Positions 1-12,609 of a stretch of 64,000 bases of DNA are shown here, one piece after another. The stretch spans positions 372,001-436,000 of the forward strand of contig OZ059894.1 in NCBI GenBank assembly GCA_964057225.1, read 5' to 3'. The notes under the pieces were generated by a model, which made no database searches, was not told where the DNA came from, and was given only the letters and a program-made list of their open reading frames with translations. How positions within the stretch are numbered: position 1 is the stretch's first letter; every line of letters begins with the position of its first letter. The position numbers and the translations under genes are program-made. Source of the stretch: Auanema rhodensis. Taxonomy: Eukaryota > Animalia > Nematoda.

Positions 1-2463
1 CCAAGTGCACATCACGTGTACATTTAATTAGCATAAATGAAAGTTCACGTAAATTTCAAAGTCATGGTTACCATGAACCAATATCAATAAAAATTTGTTT
101 TTAGACTAATATGGACATGGGGAATCTGATTTTGAAAACCGCATCTCTTTATCTTTCACGTGAAGCGAGTTACATACCAAGTGCACATCACGTGTACATT
201 TAATTAGCATAAATTAAAGTTCACGTAAATTTCAAAGTCATGGTTACCATGAACCAATATCAATAAAAATTTGTTTTTAGACTAATATGGACATGAGGAA
301 TCTAGTTTTGAAAACCGCATCTCTTTATCTTTCACGTGAAGCGAGTTACATACCAATTGCACATCACGTGTACATTTAATTAGCATAAATTAAAGTTCAC
401 GTAAATTTCAAAGTCATGGTTACCATGAACCAATATCAATAAAAATTTGTTTTTAGACTAATATGGACATGGGGAATCTAATTTTGAAAACCGCATCTCT
501 TTATCTTTCACGTGAAGCGAGTTACATACCAAGTGCACATCACGTGTACATTTAATTAGCATAAATTGAAGTTCACGTAAATTTCAAAGTCATGGTTACC
601 ATGCAACAATATCAATAAAAATTTGTTTTTAGACTAATATGGACATGGGGAATCTAATTTTGAAAACCGCATCTCTTTATCTTTCACGTGAAGCGAGTTA
701 CATACCAAGTGCACATCACGTGTACATTTAATTAGCATAAATTAAAGTTCACGTAATTTTCAAAGACATGGTTACCATGAACCAATATCAATAAAAATTT
801 GTTTTTAGACTAATATGGACATGGGGAATCTAATTTTGAAAACCGCATCTTTTTATCTTTCACGTGAAGCGAGTTACATACCAAGTGCACATCATGTGTA
901 CATTTAATTAGCATAAATTAAAGTTCACGTAAATTTCAAAGTCATGGTTACCATGAACCAATATCAATAAAAATTTTTTTTAGACTAATATGGACATGGG
1001 GAATCTAATTTTGAAAACCGCATCTCTTTATCTTTCACGTGAAGCGAGTTACATACCAAGTGCACATCACGTGTACATTTAATTAGCATAAATTAAAGTT
1101 CACGTAATTTTCAAAGACATGGTTACCATGAACCAATATCAATAAAAATTTGTTTTTAGACTAATATGGACATGGGGGATCTAATTTTGAAAACCGCATC
1201 TCTTCATCTTTCACGTGAAGCGAGTTACATACCAAGTGCACATCACGTGTACATTTAATTAGCATAAATTAAAGTTCACGTAAATTTCAAAGTCATGGTT
1301 ACCATGAACCAATATCAATAAAAATTTGTTTTTAGACTAATATGGACATGGGGAATCTAGTTTTGAAAACCGCATCTCTTTATCTTTCACGTGAAGCGAG
1401 TTACATACCAAGTGCACATCACGTGTACATTTAATTAGCATAAATTAAAGTTCACGTAATTTTCAAAGTCATGGTTACCATGAACCAATATCAATAAAAA
1501 TTTGTTTTTAGACTAACATGGACATGGGGAATCTGATTTTGAAAACCGCATCTCTTTATCTTTCACGTGAAGCGAGTTACATACCAAGTGCACATCACGT
1601 GTACATTTAATTAGCATAAATTAAAGTTCACGTAAATTTCAAAGTCATGGTTACCATGAACCAATATCAATAAAAATTTGTTTTTAGACTAATATGGACA
1701 TGGGGAATCTAGTTTTGAAAACCGCATCTCTTTATCTTTCACGTGAAGCGAGTTACATACCAAGTGCACATCACGTGTACATTTAATTAGCATAAATTAA
1801 AGTTCACGTAAATTTCAAAGTCATGGTTACCATGCACCAATATCAATAAAAATTTGTTTTTAGACTAATATGGACATGGGGAATCTAATTTTGAAAACCG
1901 CATCTCTTTATCTTTCACGTGAAGCGAGTTACATACCAAGTGCACATCACGTGTACATTTAATTAGCATAAATTAAAGTTCACGTAAATTTCAAAGTCAT
2001 GGTTACCATGCACCAATATCAATAAAAATTTGTTTTTAGACTAATATGGACATGGGGAATCTAATTTTGAAAACCGCATCTCTTTATCTTTCACGTGAAG
2101 CGAGTTACATACCAAGTGCACATCACGTGTACATTTAATTAGCATAAATTAAAGTTCACGTAATTTTCAAAGACATGGTTACCATGAACCAATATCAATA
2201 AAAATTTGTTTTTAGACTAATATGGATATGGGGAATCTAATTTTGAAAACCGCATCTCTTTATCTTTCACGTGAAGCGAGTTACATACCAAGTGCACATC
2301 ACGTGTACATTTAATTAGCATAAATTAAAGTTCACGTAATTTTCAAAGACATGGTTACCATGAACCAATATCAATAAAAATTTGTTTTTAGACTAATATG
2401 GACATGGGGAATCTAATTTTGAAAACCGCATCTCTTTATCTTTCACGTGAAGCGAGTTACATA

Positions 2464-5400
2464 CCAAGTGCACATCACGTGTACATTTAATTAGCATAAA
2501 TTAAAGTTCACGTAAATTTCAAAGTCATGGTTACCATGAACCAATATCAATAAAAATTTGTTTTTAGACTAATATGGACATGGGGAATCTAGTTTTGAAA
2601 ACCGCATCTCTTTATCTTTCACGTGAAGCGAGTTACATACCAAGTGCACATCACGTGTACATTTAATTAGCATAAATTAAAGTTCACGTAAATTTCAAAG
2701 TCATGGTTACCATGCACCAATATAAATAAAAATTTGTATTTAGACTAATATGGACATGGGGAATCTAATTTTGAAAACCGCATCTCTTTATCTTTCACGT
2801 GAAGCGAGTTACATACCAAGCGCACATCACGTGTACATTTAATTAGCATAAATTAAAGTTCACGTAAATTTCAAAGTCATGGTTACCATGAACCAATATC
2901 AATAAAAATTTGTTTTTAGACTAATATGGACATGGGGAATCTAATTTTGAAAACCGCATCTCTTTATCTATCACGTGAAGCGAGTTACATACCAAGTGCA
3001 CATCACGTGTACATTTAATTAGCATAAATTAAAGTTCACGTAAATTTCAAAATCATGGTTATCATGAATTAATATCAATAAAAATTTGTTTTTGGACTAA
3101 TATGGACATGGGGATTCTAATTTTGAAAACCGCATCTCTTTATCTATCACGTGAAGCGAGTTACATACCAAGTGCACATCACGTGTACATTTAATTAGCA
3201 TAAATTAAAGTTCACGTAATTTTCAAAGACATGGTTACCATGAACCAATATCAATAAAAATTTGTTTTTAGACTAATATGGACATGGGGAATCTAATTTT
3301 GAAAACCGCATCTTTTTATCTTTCACGTGAAGCGAGTTACATACCAAGTGCACATCATGTGTACATTTAATTAGCATAAATTAAAGTTCACGTAAATTTC
3401 AAAGTCATGGTTACCATGAACCAATATCAATAAAAATTTTTTTTAGACTAATATGGACATGGGGAATCTAATTTTGAAAACCGCATCTCTTTATCTTTCA
3501 CGTGAAGCGAGTTACATACCAAGTGCACATCACGTGTACATTTAATTAGCATAAATTAAAGTTCACGTAATTTTCAAAGACATGGTTACCATGAATCAAT
3601 ATCAATAAAAATTTGTTTTTAGACTAATATGGACATGGGGAATCTAATTTTGAAAACCGCATCTCTTTATCTTTCACGTGAAGCGAGTTACATACCAAGT
3701 GCACATCACGTGTACATTTAATTAGCATAAATTAAAGTTCACGTAAATTTCAAAGTCATGGTTACCATGAACCAATATCAATAAAAATTTGTTTTTAGAC
3801 TAATATGGACATGGGAAATCTAGTTTTGAAAACCGCATCTCTTTATCTTTCACGTGAAGCGAGTTACATACCAAGTGCACATCACGTGTACATTTAATTA
3901 GCATAAATTAAAGTTCACGTAAATTTCAAAGTCATGGTTACCATGCACCAATATAAATAAAAATTTGTATTTAGACTAATATGGACATGGGGAATCTAAT
4001 TTTGAAAACCGCATCTCTTTATCTTTCACGTGAAGCGAGTTACATACCAAGCGCACATCACGTGTACATTTAATTAGCATAAATTAAAGTTCACGTAAAT
4101 TTCAAAGTCATGGTTACCATGAACCAATATCAATAAAAATTTGTTTTTAGACTAATATGGACATGGGGAATCTAATTTTGAAAACCGCATCTCTTTATCT
4201 TTCACGTGAAGCGAGTTACATACCAAGTGCACATCACGTGTACATTTAATTAGCATAAATTAAAGTTCACGTAAATTTCAAAATCATGGTTATCATGAAT
4301 TAATATCAATAAAAATTTGTTTTTGGACTAATATGGACATGGGGATTCTAATTTTGAAAACCGCATCTCTTTATCTATCACGTGAAGCGAGTTACATACC
4401 AAGTGCACATCACGTGTACATTTAATTAGCATAAATTAAAGTTCACGTAAATTTCAAAGTCATGGTTACCATGAACCAATATCAATAAAAATTTGTTTTT
4501 AGACTAATATGGACATGGGGAATCTAGTTTTGAAAACCGCATCTCTTTATCTTTCACGTGAAGCGAGTTACATACCAAGTGCACATTACGTGTACATTTA
4601 ATTAGCATAAATTAAAGTTCACGTAAATTTCAAAGTCATGGTTACCATGCACCAATATAAATAAAAATTTGTATTTAGACTAATATGGACATGGGGAATC
4701 TAATTTTGAAAACCGCATCTCTTTATCTTTCACGTGAAGCGAGTTACATACCAAGCGCACATCACGTGTACATTTAATTAGCATAAATTAAAGTTCACGT
4801 AAATTTCAAAGTCATGGTTACCATGAACCAATATCAATAAAAATTTGTTTTTAGACTAATATGGACATGGGGAATCTAATTTTGAAAACCGCATCTCTTT
4901 ATCTATCACTTGAAGCGAGTTACATACCAAGTGCACATCACGTGTACATTTAATTAGCATAAATTAAAGTTCACGTAAATTTCAAAATCATGGTTATCAT
5001 GAATTAATATCAATAAAAATTTGTTTTTGGACTAATATGGACATGGGGATTCTAATTTTGAAAACCGCATCTCTTTATCTATCACGTGAAGCGAGTTACA
5101 TACCAAGTGCACATCACGTGTACATTTAATTAGCATAAATTAAAGTTCACGTAATTTTCAAAGACATGGTTACCATGAACCAATATCAATAAAAATTTGT
5201 TTTTAGACTAATATGGACATGGGGAATCTAATTTTGAAAACCGCATCTTTTTATCTTTCACGTGAAGCGAGTTACATACCAAGTGCACATCATGTGTACA
5301 TTTAATTAGCATAAATTAAAGTTCACGTAAATTTCAAAGTCATGGTTACCATGAACCAATATCAATAAAAATTTTTTTTAGACTAATATGGACATGGGGA

Positions 5401-6333
5401 ATCTAATTTTGAAAACCGCATCTCTTTATCTTTCACGTGAAGCGAGTTACATACCAAGTGCACATCACGTGTACATTTAATTAGCATAAATTAAAGTTCA
5501 CGTAATTTTCAAAGACATGGTTACCATGAATCAATATCAATAAAAATTTGTTTTTAGACTAATATGGACATGGGGAATCTAATTTTGAAAACCGCATCTC
5601 TTTATCTTTCACGTGAAGCGAGTTACATACCAAGTGCACATCACGTGTACATTTAATTAGCATAAATTAAAGTTCACGTAAATTTCAAAGTCATGGTTAC
5701 CATGAACCAATATCAATAAAAATTTGTTTTTAGACTAATATGGACATGGGAAATCTAGTTTTGAAAACCGCATCTCTTTATCTTTCACGTGAAGCGAGTT
5801 ACATACCAAGTGCACATCACGTGTACATTTAATTAGCATAAATTAAAGTTCACGTAAATTTCAAAGTCATGGTTACCATGCACCAATATAAATAAAAATT
5901 TGTATTTAGACTAATATGGACATGGGGAATCTAATTTTGAAAACCGCATCTCTTTATCTTTCACGTGAAGCGAGTTACATACCAAGCGCACATCACGTGT
6001 ACATTTAATTAGCATAAATTAAAGTTCACGTAAATTTCAAAGTCATGGTTACCATGAACCAATATCAATAAAAATTTGTTTTTAGACTAATATGGACATG
6101 GGGAATCTAATTTTGAAAACCGCATCTCTTTATCTTTCACGTGAAGCGAGTTACATACCAAGTGCACATCACGTGTACATTTAATTAGCATAAATTAAAG
6201 TTCACGTAAATTTCAAAATCATGGTTATCATGAATTAATATCAATAAAAATTTGTTTTTGGACTAATATGGACATGGGGATTCTAATTTTGAAAACCGCA
6301 TCTCTTTATCTATCACGTGAAGCGAGTTACATA
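2464..6333 (+). repeat. Tandem 11-mer higher-order repeat (1935 bp x2)
   Basis: The 1-bp deletion T8 run occurs at 3437 and 5372 (offset 1935 = 11x176-1). The same ordered variants (tataaata/tgtatt, ccaagcgc, type-B monomer, gaatcaat, gggaaatctag) occur in both halves. Confidence 0.85.
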
Positions 6334-9300
6334 CCAAGTGCACATCACGTGTACATTTAATTAGCATAAATTAAAGTTCACGTAAATTTCAAAGTCATGG
6401 TTACCATGAACCAATATCAATAAAAATTTGTTTTTAGACTAATATGGACATGGGGAATCTAATTTTGAAAACCGCATCTCTTTATCTTTCACGTGAAGCG
6501 AGTTACATACCAAATGCACATCACGTGTACATTTAATTAGCATAAATTAAAGTTCACGTTAATTTCAAAGTCATGGTTACCATGAACCAATATCAATAAA
6601 AATTTGTTTTTAGACTAATATGGACATGGGGAATCTAATTTTGAAAACCGCATCTCTTTATCTTTCACGTGAAGCGAGTTACATACCAAGTGCACATCAC
6701 GTGTACATTTAATTAGCATAAATTAAAGTTCACGTAAATTTCAAAGTCATGGTTACCATGCACCAATATCAATAAAATATTGTTTTTAGACTAATATGGA
6801 CATGGGGAATCTAATTTTGAAAACTGCATCTCTTTATCTTTCACGTGAAGCGAGTTACATACCAAGTGCACATCACGTGTACATTTAATTAGCATAAATT
6901 AAAGTTCACGTTATTTTCAAAGACATGGTTACCATGAACCAATATCAATAAAAATTTGTTTTTAGACTAATATGGACATGGGGAATCTAATTTTGAAAAC
7001 CGCATCTCTTCATCTTTCACGTGAAGCGAGTTACATACCAAGTGCACATCACGTGTACATTTAATTAGCATAAATTAATGTTCACGTAAATTTCAAAGTC
7101 ATGGTTACCATGAACCAATATCAATAAAAATTTGTTTTTAGACTAATATGGACATGGGGAATCTAATTTTGAAAACCGCATCTCTTTATCTTTCACGTGA
7201 AGCGAGTTACATACCAAGTGCACATCACGTGTACATTTAATTAGCATAAATTAAAGTTCACGTAAATTTCAAAGTCATGGTTACCATGAACCAATATCAA
7301 TAAAAATTTGTTTTTAGACTAATATCGACATGGGGAATCTAATTTTGAAAACCGCATCTCTTTATCTTTCACGTGAAACGAGTTACATACCAAGTGCACA
7401 TCACGTGTACATTTAATTAGCATAAATTAAAGTTCACGTAAATTTCAAAGTCATGGTTACCATGCACCAATATCAATAAAATATTGTTTTTAGACTAATA
7501 TGGACATGGGGAATCTAATTTTGAAAACTGCATCTCTTTATCTTTCACGTGAAGCGAGTTACATACCAAGTGCACATCACGTGTACATTTAATTAGCATA
7601 AATTAAAGTTCACGTTATTTTCAAAGACATGGTTACCATGAACCAATATCAATAAAAATTTGTTTTTAGACTAATATGGACATGGGGAATCTAATTTTGA
7701 AAACCGCATCTCTTCATCTTTCACGTGAAGCGAGTTACATACCAAGTGCACATCACGTGTACATTTAATTAGCATAAATTAAAGTTCACGTAAATTTCAA
7801 AGTCATGGTTACCATGAACCAATATCAATAAAAATTTGTTTTTAGACTAATATCGACATGGGGAATCTAATTTTGAAAACCGCATCTCTTTATCTTTCAC
7901 GTGAAACGAGTTACATACCAAGTGCACATCACGTGTACATTTAATTAGCATAAATTAAAGTTCACGTAAATTTCAAAGTCATGGTTACCATGCACCAATA
8001 TCAATAAAATATTGTTTTTAGACTAATATGGACATGGGGAATCTAATTTTGAAAACTGCATCTCTTTATCTTTCACGTGAAGCGAGTTACATACCAAGTG
8101 CACATCATGTGTACATTTAATTAGCATAAATTAAAGTTCACGTTATTTTCAAAGACATGGTTACCATGAACCAATATCAATAAAAATTTGTTTTTAGACT
8201 AATATGGACATGGGGAATCTAATTTTGAAAACCGCATCTCTTCATCTTTCACGTGAAGCGAGTTACATACCAAGTGCACATCACGTGTACATTTAATTAG
8301 CATAAATTAATGTTCACGTAAATTTCAAAGTCATGGTTACCATGAACCAATATCAATAAAAATTTGTTTTTAGACTAATATGGACATGGGGAATCTAATT
8401 TTGAAAACCGCATCTCTTTATCTTTCACGTGAAGCGAGTTACACACCAAGTGCACATCACGTGTACATTTAATTAGCATAAATTAAAGTTCACGTAAATT
8501 TCAAAGTCATGGTTACCATGAACCAATATCAATAAAAATTTGTTTTTAGACTAATATCGACATGGGGAATCTAATTTTGAAAACCGCATCTCTTTATCTT
8601 TCACGTGAAACGAGTTACATACCAAGTGCACATCACGTGTACATTTAATTAGCATAAATTAAAGTTCACGTAAATTTCAAAGTCATGGTTACCATGCACC
8701 AATATCAATAAAATATTGTTTTTAGACTAATATGGACATGGGAAATCTAGTTTTGAAAACCGCATCTCTTTATCTTTCACGTGAAGCGAGTTACATACCA
8801 AGTGCACATCACGTGTACATTTAATTAGCATAAATTAAAGTTCACGTAAATTTCAAAGTCATGGTTACCATGCACCAATATAAATAAAAATTTGTATTTA
8901 GACTAATATGGACATGGGGAATCTAATTTTGAAAACCGCATCTCTTTATCTTTCACGTGAAGCGAGTTACATACCAAGCGCACATCACGTGTACATTTAA
9001 TTAGCATAAATTAAAGTTCACGTAAATTTCAAAGTCATGGTTACCATGAACCAATATCAATAAAAATTTGTTTTTAGACTAATATGGACATGGGGAATCT
9101 AATTTTGAAAACCGCATCTCTTTATCTTTCACGTGAAGCGAGTTACATACCAAGTGCACATCACGTGTACATTTAATTAGCATAAATTAAAGTTCACGTA
9201 AATTTCAAAATCATGGTTATCATGAATTAATATCAATAAAAATTTGTTTTTGGACTAATATGGACATGGGGATTCTAATTTTGAAAACCGCATCTCTTTA

Positions 9301-11732
9301 TCTATCACGTGAAGCGAGTTACATACCAAGTGCACATCACGTGTACATTTAATTAGCATAAATTAAAGTTCACGTAAATTTCAAAGTCATGGTTACCATG
9401 AACCAATATCAATAAAAATTTGTTTTTAGACTAATATGGACATGGGGAATCTAATTTTGAAAACCGCATCTCTTTATCTTTCACGTGAAGCGAGTTACAT
9501 ACCAAATGCACATCACGTGTACATTTAATTAGCATAAATTAAAGTTCACGTTAATTTCAAAGTCATGGTTACCATGAACCAATATCAATAAAAATTTGTT
9601 TTTAGACTAATATGGACATGGGGAATCTAATTTTGAAAACCGCATCTCTTTATCTTTCACGTGAAGCGAGTTACATACCAAGTGCACATCACGTGTACAT
9701 TTAATTAGCATAAATTAAAGTTCACGTAAATTTCAAAGTCATGGTTACCATGCACCAATATCAATAAAATATTGTTTTTAGACTAATATGGACATGGGGA
9801 ATCTAATTTTGAAAACTGCATCTCTTTATCTTTCACGTGAAGCGAGTTACATACCAAGTGCACATCACGTGTACATTTAATTAGCATAAATTAAAGTTCA
9901 CGTTATTTTCAAAGACATGGTTACCATGAACCAATATCAATAAAAATTTGTTTTTAGACTAATATGGACATGGGGAATCTAATTTTGAAAACCGCATCTC
10001 TTCATCTTTCACGTGAAGCGAGTTACATACCAAGTGCACATCACGTGTACATTTAATTAGCATAAATTAATGTTCACGTAAATTTCAAAGTCATGGTTAC
10101 CATGAACCAATATCAATAAAAATTTGTTTTTAGACTAATATGGACATGGGGAATCTAATTTTGAAAACCGCATCTCTTTATCTTTCACGTGAAGCGAGTT
10201 ACATACCAAGTGCACATCACGTGTACATTTAATTAGCATAAATTAAAGTTCACGTAAATTTCAAAGTCATGGTTACCATGAACCAATATCAATAAAAATT
10301 TGTTTTTAGACTAATATCGACATGGGGAATCTAATTTTGAAAACCGCATCTCTTTATCTTTCACGTGAAACGAGTTACATACCAAGTGCACATCACGTGT
10401 ACATTTAATTAGCATAAATTAAAGTTCACGTAAATTTCAAAGTCATGGTTACCATGCACCAATATCAATAAAATATTGTTTTTAGACTAATATGGACATG
10501 GGGAATCTAATTTTGAAAACTGCATCTCTTTATCTTTCACGTGAAGCGAGTTACATACCAAGTGCACATCACGTGTACATTTAATTAGCATAAATTAAAG
10601 TTCACGTTATTTTCAAAGACATGGTTACCATGAACCAATATCAATAAAAATTTGTTTTTAGACTAATATGGACATGGGGAATCTAATTTTGAAAACCGCA
10701 TCTCTTCATCTTTCACGTGAAGCGAGTTACATACCAAGTGCACATCACGTGTACATTTAATTAGCATAAATTAAAGTTCACGTAAATTTCAAAGTCATGG
10801 TTACCATGAACCAATATCAATAAAAATTTGTTTTTAGACTAATATCGACATGGGGAATCTAATTTTGAAAACCGCATCTCTTTATCTTTCACGTGAAACG
10901 AGTTACATACCAAGTGCACATCACGTGTACATTTAATTAGCATAAATTAAAGTTCACGTAAATTTCAAAGTCATGGTTACCATGCACCAATATCAATAAA
11001 ATATTGTTTTTAGACTAATATGGACATGGGGAATCTAATTTTGAAAACTGCATCTCTTTATCTTTCACGTGAAGCGAGTTACATACCAAGTGCACATCAT
11101 GTGTACATTTAATTAGCATAAATTAAAGTTCACGTTATTTTCAAAGACATGGTTACCATGAACCAATATCAATAAAAATTTGTTTTTAGACTAATATGGA
11201 CATGGGGAATCTAATTTTGAAAACCGCATCTCTTCATCTTTCACGTGAAGCGAGTTACATACCAAGTGCACATCACGTGTACATTTAATTAGCATAAATT
11301 AATGTTCACGTAAATTTCAAAGTCATGGTTACCATGAACCAATATCAATAAAAATTTGTTTTTAGACTAATATGGACATGGGGAATCTAATTTTGAAAAC
11401 CGCATCTCTTTATCTTTCACGTGAAGCGAGTTACACACCAAGTGCACATCACGTGTACATTTAATTAGCATAAATTAAAGTTCACGTAAATTTCAAAGTC
11501 ATGGTTACCATGAACCAATATCAATAAAAATTTGTTTTTAGACTAATATCGACATGGGGAATCTAATTTTGAAAACCGCATCTCTTTATCTTTCACGTGA
11601 AACGAGTTACATACCAAGTGCACATTACGTGTACATTTAATTAGCATAAATTAAAGTTCACGTAAATTTCAAAGTCATGGTTACCATGCACCAATATCAA
11701 TAAAATATTGTTTTTAGACTAATATGGACATG
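5750..11732 (+). repeat. Tandem 17-mer higher-order repeat (2992 bp x2), with internal 3/4-mer subunits
   Basis: caaatgcac 6511/9503 and acacacc 8441/11433 both show offset 2992 = 17x176. A chimeric junction monomer sits at ~8716-8742. Confidence 0.87.
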
Positions 11733-12609
11733 GGGAATCTAATTTTGAAAACTGCATCTCTTTATCTTTCACGTGAAGCGAGTTACATACCAAGTGCACA
11801 TCACGTGTACATTTAATTAGCATAAATTAAAGTTCACGTTATTTTCAAAGACATGGTTACCATGAACCAATATCAATAAAAATTTGTTTTTAGACTAATA
11901 TGGACATGGGGAATCTAATTTTGAAAACCGCATCTCTTCATCTTTCACGTGAAGCGAGTTACATACCAAGTGCACATCACGTGTACATTTAATTAGCATA
12001 AATTAAAGTTCACGTAAATTTCAAAGTCATGGTTACCATGAACCAATATCAATAAAAATTTGTTTTTAGACTAATATGGACATGGGGAATCTAGTTTTGA
12101 AAACCGCATCTCTTTATCTTTCACGTGAAGCGAGTTACATACCAAGTGCACATCACGTGTACATTTAATTAGCATAAATTAAAGTTCACGTAAATTTCAA
12201 AGTCATGGTTACCATGCACCAATATAAATAAAAATTTGTTTTTAGACTAATATGGTCATGGGGAATCTAATTTTGAAAACCGCATCTCTTTATCTTTCAC
12301 GTGAAGCGAGTTACATACCAAGTGCACATCACGTGTACATTCAATTAGCATAAATTAAAGTTCACGTAAATTTCAAAATCATGGTTATCATGAATTAATA
12401 TCAATAAAAATTTGTTTTTGGACTAATATGGACATGGGGATTCTAGTTTTGAAAACCGCATCTCTTTATCTTTCACGTGAAGCGAGTTACATACCAAGTG
12501 CACATCACGTGTACATTTAATTAGCATAAATTAAAGTTCACGTAAATTTCAAAGTCATGGTTATCATGAATTAATATCAATAAAAATTTGTTTTTGGACT
12601 AATATGGAC

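Noticed and set aside
14-164. CACGTG E-box/CDEI-like and GTTACCATG X-box-like motifs as regulatory sites
   Set aside because: These short motifs are repeated only because the monomer is repeated. The X-box match is incomplete and there is no gene context or binding evidence.
1-176. Identification with known satellites of similar length (human alpha satellite with CENP-B box, Arabidopsis CEN178, honey bee 176-bp AluI repeat)
   Set aside because: Only the length is similar. I see no CENP-B box, the consensus lacks an AluI site (AGCT), and I cannot support sequence homology without a search.
2992-3167. Compensatory covariation in type-B monomers preserving the long dyad
   Set aside because: Checked by hand: one change adds a pair but others remove pairs, so there are no compensatory pairs.
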